Source: Heptranchias perlo (Eukaryota). From it: a DNA stretch of 64,000 bases. Location of the stretch: the NCBI RefSeq assembly GCF_035084215.1, contig NC_090337.1, positions 36,642,001 to 36,706,000 of the forward strand, written 5' to 3'. The notes beneath the pieces are model-generated. The model had not been told where the DNA came from and did no database searches. It saw nothing but the letters and a program-made list of their open reading frames with translations. Position 1 is the first letter of the stretch. The number at the start of each line of letters is the position of its first letter. The translations under genes were made by a program, and so were the position numbers. Below are positions 26,273-38,725 of this stretch, piece by piece.

Positions 26273-27394
26273 AGGAGTCCTCCTCGACCTGTCTGCAACC
26301 TTTGGCATGGTTGACCGCACAATCCTTCTCCAACGCCTCTCCTCCGTCATCCAGCTGGGTGGAACTGCGCTCGCCTGGTTCCATTCTTACTTACCCAGTC
26401 GTAGCCAGAGAATCATTTGCAATGGCTTCTCTTCCTGCTCTGGCACCGTTACCTCAGGAGTCCCCCAAGATTTATCATTGGCCCCTCCCATTTCCCATCG
26501 ACATGCTGCCCCTTGGCGACATCATCCGAAAACACGTCAGGTTCCACGTGTATGCTGACGACACCCAGCTCTACCTCTGTTGACCCCTCTACTGTCTCTG
26601 ATTTGTTACATTGCTTGTCCGAAATCCAGTGCTGGATGAGCAAAAATTTCCTCGAACTAAATATTGGGAAGACCGAAGCCATTGTCTTCAGATCCTGCCA
26701 CAAACTCTGTTCCCTAGTCATTGCCTCCAGCCCGCTCCCTGGCCACTGTGTGAGGCTGAACCAGACCGTTCACAACCTTGGCGCCCTATTTGACCCTGAG
26801 TTGAGCTTCTGACCACGTATCTGCTCCATCACCAAGACCGCCTACTTCCACCTCTCTCACCTGTCTCTCCTGGCCGGCATCCCATCTTCCACCCTCCATA
26901 AACTTGAGTTCATCCAAAACTCTGCTGCCCATGTCCTAACTCGCAATGAGTCCTGTTCACCCATCATCCCTGTGCTCGCTGACCTACTTGGCTCCCGATC
27001 CGGGAACGCCTCGATTTAAAATTCTCATCTTTGTTTTCAAATCCCTCCATGGCCTCGCCCCTCCCTATTTCTGTAACCTCCTCCAGCCCTACAACCCTCC
27101 GCGATCTCTGCATTCCTCCAATTCGTGCCTCTTGCGCATTCCCGATTTTAATCACTCCGTTGTTGGTGGCCTTGCCTTCAGCTGCCTAGGCCTAAACTCT
27201 GGCATTCCCCCCCCTAAACCCCTGCGGCTCTCTACCTCTCCTTGCTCCTTTAAGACGCTCCTTAAAACCTACTCACCTGTCCTAATATTTCCTTATGTGG
27301 TTCGGTGTCAAATTTTGTTTGATAATCACTCCTGTGAAGCGTCTTGGGACATTTTACTATGTAAAAGGGCGCTATATAAATGTGAGTTGTTGTC
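26273..27394 (+). mobile_element. L2 LINE 3' fragment (RT to tail)
   Basis: [36 protein letters not shown]; tail GGCGCTATATAAATGTGAGTTGTTG; frameshifted. Confidence 0.88.
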
Positions 27395-27520
27395 ATAGAT
27401 TGATTTTCTTCAGGTTTCTGCAAACAAAGTTTGTGCGCATTCTCTTTTATAAAGAGCAGATAGTCTCAAAACTCAAAAAAAATCTCTGAAAGCACAGCTT
27501 CCTCAGTCCGTATATATTTA

Positions 27521-30505
27521 TAAGAACATAAGAATATAAGAAATAGGAGCATGAGTAGGCCATTCGATAAGATCATGGCTGAGCTTCTACCTCAATTCCA
27601 CTTTCCCACCCTATCCCCATATCCCTTGATTCCCTTATTGTCCAAATATCCATTGATCTCAGTCTTGAATATACTCAATGACTGAGCATCCACAGCCCTC
27701 TGGGGTAGAGAATTCCAAAGATTCACAAACCTCTGAGTGAAGAAATTTTTCCTCATCTCGGTCCTAAATGGCCGACCTGTTATCTTGAGACTATGACCCC
27801 TAGTTCCAGACTCACCTGCAGGGGGAAACAGCCTCTCAGCATCTACTCTGTCAAGCCCTCTAAGAATTTTATACGTTTCAATGAGATCACCTCTCATTCT
27901 TCTAAACTCCAGAGACTACAGGCCCATTCTACTCAATCTCTCCTCATAGGACAACCCAGGAATCAATCTAGTGAACCTTTGTTGCACTCCCTCTAGAGCA
28001 AGTATATCCTTCCTTGGATAAGGAGACCAAAACTGTACACAGTACTCCAGGTGTGGTCTCACCAGAGCCCTGTACAATTGCAGCAAGACCTCCTTACTCT
28101 TGTACTCCAACCTCCTTGCAATAAAGGCTAACATACCATTTGCCTTCCTAATTGCTTGCTGTACCTGCATGTTAACGGTCTGTGATTCATGTACAAGGAC
28201 AGCCAAATCCCTCTGATTACCAACATTTCTTAGTCTCTCACCTTTTAAAAAATATTCTGCTTTTCTATTCTTTCTACCAAAGTGAATAATTTCACATTTC
28301 CCCACATTACACTCCATCTGCCACCTTCTCGCCCACTCACTTAACCTGTCTATATCCCTTTGCAGTCTCTTTGCATCCTCCTCACAGCTTATTTTCCCAC
28401 CTAGCTTTGTATCGTCAGCAAACTTGGATACATTACACTCATCTAAGTCATTGATATATATTGTAAAATGCTAAGGCCCATGCACTAATCCTCGCAGCAC
28501 CCCACCAGTTACAACCTGCCAACCCAAAAATGACCCGTTTATTCCTACTCTCTGTTTTCTGTCCGTTAACCAATCCTCAATCCATGCTAATATATTACCC
28601 CCAATCCCATGAACCCTAATCTTGTGTAACAACCTCTTGTGTGGCACCTTATCGAATGCCTTTTGAAAATCCAAATATACTACATCCAGTGGTTCCCACT
28701 TATTAATCCTGCTAGTTACACCCTCAAAAAATTCTAATAGATTTGTCAAACATGATTTCCCTTTCATAAAACCGTGTTGACTCTGCCTAATCATATCATG
28801 ATTTTCTAAGTGCCCTGTTACTACGTCCTTAATAATACATTCTAGCATTTTCCCTACTACTCATGTCAGGCTTACTGGCCTTTAGTTCCCTGTTTTCTTT
28901 CTTCCTCCTTTCTTGAATAGTGGGGTTACATTTGCTGCCTTCCAATCCACGGGGACTGTTCCAGAATCTAGGGAATTCTGGAAGATCAAAACCAATGCAT
29001 CCACTATCTCTGCAGCAATCTCTTTTAGACCCCTAGGATGTAGGCTATCAGGTCCAGGGGATTTGTCGACTTTTAGTCCCATTAATTTCTCCAGTACTTT
29101 TTCTTTACTAATCTTTATTGCTTTAAGTTCCTCACTCACTCTCATTAGTGCCTTGGTTCCCCACTATTTCTGGTTTGTTTTTTGTGTCTTCTACTGTGAA
29201 GCCAGATACAAAATAATTGTTTAACCTCTCTGCCATTTCCTTATTCCCCTTTATAATTTCTCCTGTCTCTGCCTCTAAGGGACCCAAGTTTACTTTCGTT
29301 AATCTCTTCCTTTTTACATACTTATAGAAGCTCTTAAAATCTGTTTTTATATTTCTTGCTAGTTTACTCCCTATTCAATTTTCTTCCTCTTTATCAATTT
29401 CTTGGTCATCCTTTGCTGATTTCTAAAACCCTCCCAATCCTCAGGCTTACTACTCCTTCTGGCAACATTGTAAGCCTCTGCTTTTAATCTAATACTATCC
29501 TTAACTTCTCTAGTTAGCCACGGGATCATTTTTCCCATGGAGTTTTTATTCTTCAAAGGAATGTATAGTCATTGAGAATTTTGAAATATTTCTTTAAGTG
29601 TTCGCCATTGCTTATCTGCCATCATATCTTTTAATCTAATTTCCCAATCTACCATAGCCAACTCACCCCTTATACCTATATAATTTGCTTTGTTTAAATT
29701 TGAGATCCTAGTTTCGGACTTAACTACATCACTCTCAAACTCAATATGAAATTCTATCATATTATGATCACTCTTTACCAGAGGATCCTTAACTATAAGA
29801 TTACTATTTAACCCTGTGGCATTACCCAATACTAGATTTAAAATAGCCTGTTCCCTAGTTGGTTCCTCTCGACATACTGTTCTAGAAAACTGTCTCGAAT
29901 GTATTCCATGAACTCGTCCTCCAAACTACTTTTGCCAATTTGGTTTGCCTAGTCTATGTGAAGACTAAAGTCCCCCATGATTATTGCATTACCCTTGTTA
30001 CATGCTCCTCTAATTTCCTGATTTATACTCTGTCCAACACTATAACTACTGTTAGGGAGCCTATAAACTACTCCCACCAGTGTTTTCTACCTCTTATTAT
30101 TTCTTAGTTCCACCCATACTGATTCTACATCCTGTTTTTCTGAGCTAAGATCCTTTCTCACTACTGCCTTTATCTCATCCTTAATTATCAGGACTACCCC
30201 CCTCATTTTCCATTTTGCCTATCCATTCTAAAAGTCAAGTACCCTGGATATTTAGTTCCCAACTTTAGTCACCCTGCAAACACGCCTCAGTAATGGCTTC
30301 TAGATCAAACCCATTTATCTCTATCTGTGCCATTAATTCATCTATCTTGTTATGAATGCTTCATGTATTCAGATATAGTGCCTTTAATTTTAACTGTTTA
30401 CTATTTTTCCCTGATGTGACCTTAGTCAATAATGCTCTATTACCTTTGTTAAACTCTCTGTCCCTTCCTGACACATTACTAGTTTTTATCCAAATCGCTA
30501 TTCTG
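27521..30505 (-). mobile_element. CR1 LINE, nearly complete decayed ORF2
   Basis: EN and RT fragments ([72 protein letters not shown]); tail (TTCTTATG)n at 27521-27545; multiple stops. Confidence 0.92.
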
Positions 30506-31257
30506 CTCTACAGCCTTGGCTACAGGATTGCCTTTATTTACTCTAAAGTGTTTTAAATTACAATGACCCAATACAAAAATTAATACTAATAGCCACAAGT
30601 CTATTTGATTAAAATATTTTAATAATTTGTACTCATAAATGTACTGCCTGCCAACAAACTATTCTACCATATTCCAATTAAGATCAATATTGATCTCATA
30701 TAAAATGACTGCCTATACCATGAACATACGAGAAAGTTGAAAAAATGTCAGTGGAATCAATCAGTATATTTGAAACTCAATGAATTAGTCTAAATATTTG
30801 TTTCAGGCATTTGCCATCTGCCTGAAAATAAGGATCCTGATTAAAACAGGTATTCTAAAACATACCCAAAGTCACACTTATATGTACGCTACAAACATAA
30901 AAACACATATCTATTAGAAACTATATTAGAAAAATAAAATGTAAACTCCTGATATCTTAATCACTAAAGAAAGACAAGTACTATTATATATTCCTCAAAT
31001 TAACTGAGGATAGAAGTGTTCATCTACATATTCTGCAATTCCATATTGGTGTACCTCAATTAAGGAATAATTGGCCTATGAAGTAATTTATATTCATAGA
31101 TTAGATGTCAACTGTGAAAAATTACTGTTTCAATAATAGTGGGCTTCTGGAGCAAAGGCCAATTTCTTTAATGGTGGTCTCCGTTTCTTGCCTGATTTTC
31201 ACCTGCAACAAACACTGCTCAGGGATGCTAATATATAATATAGGTTGCTATGCTTTA

Positions 31258-31556
31258 AACAATAACAATGAATTTATATAGCACCTTTAACGTAGTAAAA
31301 TGTCCTAAGGCGCTTCATTGGAGCATAATTAGACAAAAAACCATCACCAAGCCAAAGAAGGACACATTAGGACAGGTGGTCACAGAGGTAGGTTTTAAGG
31401 GGGAGAGGTTTAGGGAAGGAATTCCAGACCTGAAGGCCTAAGTGGCTGAAGACACGGCCGCCAATGGTGAGGATGCACAAGAGGTTAGAGTTGGAGGAAC
31501 GCAGAGTTCTCAGAGGGTTGTAGGGCTGGAGGAGGTTACAGAGATAGGGAGGGGCA
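31258..31556 (-). mobile_element. L2 3' fragment with internal deletions
   Basis: atttatatagcacc tail and 'gggttgtagggctggaggaggttacagagataggga' shared with 34899-35409. Confidence 0.75.
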
Positions 31557-32995
31557 TGCAGAATGAGGTAGTCCTCTCAGCTGTCTTAAATTACATTTGT
31601 TTCTAAATTGTAACTTAATGGTGTTTTTGTGCTGTTTGAACAATAGTGGATTTTGTTAGTAATTTTACAGATTCAATCATCAAATACTCCCTTGACTACA
31701 AGCACAAATTTGCTTTTATATATAGAATATTGCTTTGCAACAGGGATAGTCAGCTATTTTATGTTCACTTATGTTCAGCTCTGAGGTAATCAGATGCAAG
31801 TTTTCCCATGCCATAATTAATTTGCCATAATATAAAGTAATCCTCTTAAATGCAAGTCTGGTTGTATTTTTTATTTGTCTTGCTTAAACCAATGCACATG
31901 GCAGGGCTCTACGATTGCAGTTATATCACACTAACAGTCTGAGACCTGGGAGGACAGAGAAGGAAGTACAGCCGGTGAGACCTACATTCCAGTGAAAATT
32001 GAGACTGGCTGTGAATTACACTCTTCCTGCTAGTTGATAGCTGTTTTCATCCATGCTCAGATGCCTGTGCAGAGTTCCAGTCCTATTTTTTAATCTTAGC
32101 AGAGAGTGGCTGGCATATCCACTTTCTCATGAGATTAAAAAGACTCAATACTAAGTATATGAAGTGCCCAGAGGTTTCGATGGACCTCTACACTGGAGTT
32201 ATACTCCACACAATGACAATCCTGAGTGATGTAAGTTAACCTTCAGGAGGAAATCTCACACCCTTTGGCTTTAGTGTGTTCTGGAGACAGATTATGCTTC
32301 CACCTTTGTGTTGATGTGGAATAGAAGCACAAAAGTGGCAGTATAACTGCAACTAACTATTATCATAACTATTAAGGCAACATTTGCAATTGTGGTCAGA
32401 AAATAAAAGCAGCTAAACAAATAAAACCTTCAAATGAACCTTGAGTTTTGTGATGACATCATTCAGTTAAAAATTGTGCTTCAAATAAGGTAACTCATCT
32501 AACCATATTGTCAAGTTTTTGTATGCATAGGCACATATGTGATGTGAAATGCATGTATATCAATGACTAAGTGAAGAAATAAATAGAACAGGTGGCTGCG
32601 ACAGGTTACAAGGCAACTGAGTGATTCAGAAGACAACATGAACATTAAAACTTGAGTGGTTCATTATGTCATTGGAGCCCTCTATATAATTACATTTGTT
32701 ATTTTGTATAGTATCTACAATTTAGTCTTTTTTTCAAGAATTGCTGGCCCCACAATTTTCTACCTATTGTTTGTAGGATCTCCACTGTGATTATTACATC
32801 TGGTGATATAGGCTTGTGAAGTTAACATTATTAATTAGGCAACACCATTTGCCATGAAGGAACAGTGTAACATTTTGTTTTGTGGCATATTACTAGGAAG
32901 TACACTGTGGGCAAAATGCTCTTTTTGATGGAAACACAGTTTTGTTCTCAGCTCTGGTGCGGACCACAGAATTGCCTTGTAAAATTATAAACATT

Positions 32996-33270
32996 ATGTG
33001 CGCGCGTGTGTGTGTGTGTGTGTGTGTGTGCGCGCCAAGGCAGCTGACAGCCTGTCCATTTCTTGGCTGGCTTGTCCTGTCCTCTCGCTCCCTCTGACAG
33101 ATGGTGAGCCTCTCTGTCTGCTTGGCTGGGTGGTGCATGCGCCGTGCGGTCAGCGGAGGACAGACTTCCTGCCAAATAGTGTCCATCGCAACATCCTACT
33201 CAAAGTCAAGTCATTCATTGTGTGTGTATGTGTGTGTGTGCGCGCGCATGTGTGTGTGCGTACTCGTGTA
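32996..33270. repeat. Two (TG)n/(CG)n microsatellites bracketing a GC-rich 180-bp segment
   Basis: Alternating purine-pyrimidine tracts at about 32996-33035 and 33219-33262. Confidence 0.85.
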
Positions 33271-33277
33271 GAAACTG

Positions 33278-33910
33278 AGGTGGAGAACTACGTCCTTCTC
33301 GTACCTGTTTTTTGGCCGAAGAATTAGCATTGGGGGACCGATTTCCAGTAGCAGTCTCTTGCGCCCGATCTCCCCTGGAAGTGCACGGCTGCCAAATTGG
33401 AAGCCGGCAACTTTCAAGTGTCGAGGACCTCCACCTAAAACAGGCATTTGGTGCCTTAAATATGCAAACGAGGGTCCTAATGCCTGTTTTATGACCCCGT
33501 TTGAAATTTGTCATTGACTGGGCAGAGCGTGCACCACGCATGCTCCAATCAGTTTTTCTTTTTGTTTCTATGGGGCCAGGAGGAGCAGGGGCGCTCCTAC
33601 TTGTGGCCCCATCAGGTGAGCTTCATCAGGATGCCTGATTGGTGTCTGCAGCTCGCCAATTTTATTGCAGATGAGGCCCGAAGCCCAATTTCCAGTAAGC
33701 CTCAGGCCGACATCTTCATAGGAACAGGATTAGGCCATTCAGCCCCTCGAGCCTGCTCCGTCATTCAATTAGATCATGGCTGATCTGTTTCTCAACTCCA
33801 TTTGCCTGCCTTGGTTCTGTAACCCTTAATACCCTTGCATAACAAAAATCCATCAATCCTTAGGTGTGCATTGCAGTCGCGATGCCCATTTCGCATCAAT
33901 TTCTAGCGCT
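33278..33910. mobile_element. MITE with nested CR1 3' fragment (33716-33860, minus)
   Basis: Contains the core 'gggccaggaggagcaggg..gctcc' seen in other MITEs and ends AATTTCTAGC. The inner 'ataggaacagg..taggccattcagcccctcgagcctg' is a CR1 tail. Confidence 0.6.
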
Positions 33911-34769
33911 ACACGGAATTCTCTCTCCTGACAGTCTCATTGCAAACAACAATAGAATTTGAAAATTTCACTATATCTTACAAAAAAGTGAGCTCCTGAT
34001 CTTCAGCAAAAGCAATGGGAAGATAGCCAACAAATTTCCATTCTTCAAAAATAATGTTTGAAACTGGGAACTTGGAGGATACAATCAATAAGAAAATGTT
34101 CCATATTAAATTAACACCCTAGTATTGTATAATTTCCTACTGAAAAGTGATAAAACAAATAGTAATACAGTAATACCGCTGCAAATGCTGTGTATTACAC
34201 TAAAGATGATGGTGGATAGATCAGAGTCCTTGGAATTTTACAATAACACTGACTAGAATCAGGATAATGAATCTGTTCAAAATGACATTTATTGTAAAAT
34301 TGTGGTGGACCTGATGTATTAAAATTTGTTTGTAAACAGATCTATTTTAATGCCACCAGTTTTGGAACTGCCATTCATACAGCTAATGCAGCAGCAAAAA
34401 GCTGTGACAAGCAGTGCCCACATTACTGTGGGCCCACACAGGGTTGAAACAGACTAAGCGATGCCTTTGAAATCAGGTGTGCTTGCATTTATAACAGTTG
34501 GTTCCCGTTTCCATTCAAAGTAAACTGCAGCAGCCTAACATTCCCATTATATACAACACATAACTGAGGCAGGCTTGATCACTGCCTTCCTGTTATCAGA
34601 ACTATTTTATTTCACATTAATTAGGGATATGGCTGCTGTTTCTACAGTCCTTCTTGGTGATATTTCACACCTACCAGTGAAGATAAAAGTGAAATCATGT
34701 GTGTGAAAATATAATCTATTACTTTTCTCGAACTAATTTTAAAAGGGGCGATTTAAATTTAAAGAGTAA

Positions 34770-34895
34770 AAACTGCAAATGCTGGAAACCTGAAATAAAA
34801 ACAGAAAATTCCAGGAACATACAGCAGATCTGTTAGCACCTGAATTGTTAAACCTTCCAATATGTTAATCCATCCTTTCCCTTTTCAGATGCTGT
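34770..34895. repeat. Palindromic Penelope-like repeat relic
   Basis: aaactgcaaatgctggaaacctgaaataaaaacagaaaat... and ...ttttcagatgctg; family of 2962-3125. Confidence 0.55.
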
Positions 34896-34898
34896 GAA

Positions 34899-35409
34899 TC
34901 AACAACAACAACTTGCATTTATATAGCGCCTTTTACATAGTAAAACGTCCCAAGGCGATTCACAGGAGCATTATCAGCAAAAATTTGATGCCGAGCCACA
35001 TAAAGAGATAGTAGGACAGGAGACCAAAAGCTTGGTCAAAGAAGTAGGTTTTAAGAAGCGTCTTAAAGGAGGAGAGAGAGGTAGAGAAGTGGAGAGGTTG
35101 AGGGAGGGAATTCCAGAACTTATGGCTTAGGCAGCTGAAGGCACGGCCGTCATTGGTGGGGCTAAGGAAATTGGGGATGCGCAAGAGGCCCAAATTGGAG
35201 GAGCGCAAAGATCTCGGAGGGTTGTAGGGCTGGAGGAGGTTACAGAGATAGGGAGGGGTGAGGCCATGGAGGGATTTGAACACAAAGATGAGAATTTTAA
35301 ATTCGGGGTGTTGCTGAACCGGGAGCCAGTGTAGGTCAGCAAGCACAGGGGTGATGGGTGAACGGGACTTGTTGCGAGTTAGGATACAGGTAGCAGAGTT
35401 TTGGATGAA
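34899..35409 (-). mobile_element. L2 LINE 3' fragment
   Basis: LADLHWLPV...FKILIFVFKSLHGL.PPYL...FKTLLKTYFFDQAF; tail GGCGCTATATAAATGCAAG(TTG)n. Confidence 0.88.
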
Positions 35410-35900
35410 TCTTGTTAGATGAATAAGTTTTGAGTTTTAATCTCTAGCATTATTCAATTTAAAGGGGCACTGTCTTCATTGAATGTGTTTGGAAAGGTGT
35501 TTTTTATTTGGGAAGGGAATAGAAATAGAAGAGCATTATGTTAATTTTGTCACATTAACAATGTGAACAATTGGCATGATGATGCGCTTCAAGCTGATTT
35601 ACATGGCTGTGTCATTTGTTGGCAAGCAGACCCATTTTAAGGCTAACTGGAATATCTCAGGAGGTGACATTGATTAAGTTTTCCAAATATTCGTCACTTC
35701 CAATAACTATCTGCATAACTGAGTCAGAATTATAGGATTTTTGAACTTATGAAAGAACAATAATAATGCAGCATCATCAGTGTGATATGCTAGGAACACT
35801 GGAAAGAAGGCATGCTCATATTTTTACAGGAAGATGCCTACATATTAAAAATGTTTAGACTACAAGTGTATGTGTAAACATTGGGAAGATCAAAGTCATC

Positions 35901-36656
35901 AGGATAGAAATTGCTCAGAGTGGCGAACCAACATTCCTCGCTGGTCCATAGATTTATATTAACCCACTAATTTACTGCGGTCTTTTCTTCGGCCACTTCC
36001 TTGAATAGGAAGCGGAGAAGAGCCCAGCGTCAGTGCAGGCGAAGCTAGGACCCTGGGAGAAGCGAGAGGATCGATCTCTCCCCTCGACCAATCAGATTCC
36101 AGTATTTTTGACAGCTACGTTCACTGTCTCCGCAGGCTTGGAAGGTGAAAACCAGGAAGTGAAAGGTACAACATTTTAAATCAATGTAAAAACAGTTATA
36201 GACAGCAAAAAAAGAGAGGGTAAGAAATAATCGAATTAAATAAAAGAGAGAAAACAGAAAAGTAAAAAAAATAATTAAAAAAAAATAGTTTTTGGTCATT
36301 AAAATTAATGACCAAAAACTATTAAAATAAGAAGTAATGAGACTCCACATTTCTCAAAGTTAATTTTTAGTTGTTTAGCAGTCATTAAGGCTTACTGTTA
36401 AAACTCAGTTTGCCCTAAGTGTACCTGTTTGGTGGAGTAATTAGTTACATTCCAGCTGGGCAGATAAGCAAGTTTGCACTTTTTCAATGATTTCTCTGAT
36501 TGTAGCGGCGATGTCCCTTTAATTCAAAGCTGCCATATCACGGTGAACCACTAGGAACAAGTTTTGGATTTCCACGTTTCATTGCTCCTTCAATTCACCA
36601 CTAACAACAGAGTGAACTGTTAAGATCTCCGTTATTTCGGGCGCAATTTCTGCCCC
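35901..36656. mobile_element. Harbinger-type MITE with 3-bp TSD, inserted in an L2 fragment (about 35875-36815)
   Basis: TIRs AGGATAGAAATTGCTC / GCGCAATTTCTGCCCC; ATC on both flanks; flanks rejoin as L2 'aacattgggaagatcaaagtcatc|ttcggctcc'. Homologous to 50041-50368. Confidence 0.8.
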
Positions 36657-36825
36657 ATCATCTTCGGCTCCTGGCACAAAATTGTACTCAGACCAACAAC
36701 TCCATCCCCCTTCCTGGCCACAGTCTCAGGCTAAACCAGACTGTTTGCATTTCAGTGTTCTGTTTCACTCAGAGCAGGGTTTTCTACCCCAGCACAGAGA
36801 CCGCCTACTTCTACTTATACAACTA

Positions 36826-37145
36826 TGGGCAGAGGGAGGTCATTTGGCCCATCATGTCTGTGCTAGCCCTGTATCTTCATCTGCTTCAAGTATTTAACCA
36901 GTTTTCTCTTAAAAGATGCAATGGTCTCTGCCTTAACCACTTCCTGTGGCAGAATACATTACACAGAAGGTATTTGGAGCGTGGAAAGAGATTTCTCCTA
37001 ATCTCTGTCCTTACATTTTTAGTAATAAGTTTAGATTGATGACTTCTTGTCATTGACTCTTCAACCAGAGGAAATAGTCTTTCACTATTCACTCTATTAA
37101 AACCCTTCATAATTTTAAAAGCTTCTATTAAATCTCCTTTTAGTC
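36826..37145 (-). mobile_element. CR1 3' fragment, decayed
   Basis: MKGFNRVNSERLFPLVEESMTRSH...RTEIRRNLF. Confidence 0.75.
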
Positions 37146-37175
37146 TTCTCTGTGAAATAGTCCAGCCGCTGTTTA

Positions 37176-37315
37176 ATGACTGGCAAAGTGGAGATGCTGC
37201 CGCATGTGATGGTTGTGAGGACGAATGCTCTATTTGCCACTTCAGAGTATCCTCTCCAGAGGAAAGCAGTGCAGCATGCCTGGCAGGTGGTGGCAGCCAG
37301 ACTGAACACAGTGTT
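37176..37315 (+). pseudogene. Myb/SANT remnant interrupted by CR1; resumes at about 41755-41810
   Basis: ...HAWQVVAARLNTV | CR1 | MTWEQ/CRRWHNL (frameshifted), matching the W..VA..VN...RTW.QC.K.W/F motif of the other copies. Confidence 0.6.
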
Positions 37316-37856
37316 AGCTGAGAGGAGCCGAGCCGAGCGGAGGGAGCGTCCGATAAAAGGCGGGATTTCAGAGCGCTGAGAACAGCTGAGAGGAGCCGAG
37401 CCGAGCGGAGGGAGCGTCCGATAAAAGGCGGGATTTCAGAGCGCTGAGAACAGCTGAGAGGAGCCGAGCCGAGCGGAGGGAGCGTCCGATAAAAGGCGGG
37501 ATTTCAGAGCGCTGAGAACAGCTGAGAGGAGCCGAGCCGAGCGGAGGGAGCGTCGGATAAAAGGCGGGATTTCAGAGCGCTGAGAACAGCTGAGAGGAGC
37601 CGAGCCGAGCGGAGGGAGCGTCCGATAAAAGGCGGGATTTCAGAGCGCTGAGAACAGCTGAGAGGAGCCGAGCCGAGCGGAGGGAGCGTCGGATAAAAGG
37701 CGGGATTTCAGAGCGCTGAGAACAGCTGAGAGGAGCCGAGCCGAGCGGAGGGAGCGTCGGATAAAAGGCGGGATTTCAGAGCGCTGAGAACAGCTGAGAG
37801 GAGCCGAGCCGAGCGGAGGGAGCGTCGGATAAAAGGCGGGATTTCAGAGCGCTGAG
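37316..37856 (+). repeat. Tandem array of 8 x 68-bp monomers (CR1 5'UTR)
   Basis: Unit AGCTGAGAGGAGCCGAGCCGAGCGGAGGGAGCGTC[C/G]GATAAAAGGCGGGATTTCAGAGCGCTGAGAAC starts at 37316, 37384, 37452, 37520, 37588, 37656, 37724 and 37792; the last unit is slightly truncated. Confidence 0.97.
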
Positions 37857-37867
37857 AGGAGCCGAGC

Positions 37868-38725
37868 GGGAAGTGTGTCCAGCTGCAGCTATTGTTTGAC
37901 CGCTTGACGGCTCTGGAGCTGCGGATGGACTCACTTTGGAGCATCCGCGATGCTGAGAAAGTCGTGGATAGCACGTTCAGTGAGTTGGTCACACCGCAGA
38001 TAAAAATTACTGAGGGAGATAGTGAATGGGTGACCAACCGACAGAGGAAGAGTAGGAAGGCAGTGCAGGGGTCCCCTGCGGTCATCTCCCTCCAAAACAG
38101 GTATACCGTTTTGGATACTGTTGGGGGAGATGGCTCACCAGGGGAAGGTGGCAGTGGCCAGGTTCATGGCACCGTGGCTGGCTCTGCTGCACAGGAGGGC
38201 AGGAAAAAGAGTGGCAGAGCTATAGTGATAGGGGACTCGATTGTAAGGGGAATAGACAGGCGTTTCTGCGGACGCAACCGAGACTCCAGGATGGTATGTT
38301 GCCTCCCTGGTGCAAGGGTCAAGGATGTCTCGGAGCGGCTGCAGGACATTCTGGAGGGGGAGGGTGAACAGCCAGTTGTCGTGGTGCATATAGGCACCAA
38401 TGATATAGGTAAAAAACAGGATGAGGTCCTACAAGCTGAATTTAGGGAGTTAGGAGTTAAACTAAAGAGTAGGACCTCAAAGGTAGTAATCTCAGGATTG
38501 CTACCAGTGCCACGGGTTAGTCAGAGTAGGAATGACAGGATAGCTAAGATGAATACGTGGCTTGAGAGATGGTGCAAGAGGGAGGGATTCAAATTCCTGG
38601 GCCATTGGAACCGGTTCTGGGGGAGGTGGGACCAGTACAAATTGGACGGTCTGCATCTGGGCAGGACTGGAACCAATGTCCTAGGGGGAGTGTTTGCCAG
38701 TGCTGTTGGGGAGGGTTTAAACTAA
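37868..38725 (+). CDS. CR1 ORF1p: partial zinc finger, coiled coil, SGNH/GDSL esterase
   Basis: GKCVQLQLL..LTALELRM; SGNH blocks IVIGDSI, LPGARV, HIGTNDI and DGLHL are intact. The native N-terminus appears to be missing; first ATG at 37925. Confidence 0.88.
   Translation, partial: GKCVQLQLLFDRLTALELRMDSLWSIRDAEKVVDSTFSELVTPQIKITEGDSEWVTNRQRKSRKAVQGSPAVISLQNRYTVLDTVGGDGSPGEGGSGQVHGTVAGSAAQEGRKKSGRAIVIGDSIVRGIDRRFCGRNRDSRMVCCLPGARVKDVSERLQDILEGEGEQPVVVVHIGTNDIGKKQDEVLQAEFRELGVKLKSRTSKVVISGLLPVPRVSQSRNDRIAKMNTWLERWCKREGFKFLGHWNRFWGRWDQYKLDGLHLGRTGTNVLGGVFASAVGEGLN

Noticed and set aside
33150-33170. REST/RE1 site (TCAGCGGAGGACAG)
   Set aside because: The left half-site lacks ACC and the spacing is wrong for canonical TCAGCACCnnGGACAG.
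37316-37856. CRISPR-like array
   Set aside because: Units are contiguous with no unique spacers, there are no cas genes, and the context is a eukaryotic LINE.
38569-38724. ORF-track start of the 1010-aa ORF2
   Set aside because: This part overlaps the ORF1 esterase in another frame; the TAATG start at 38725 is more plausible.
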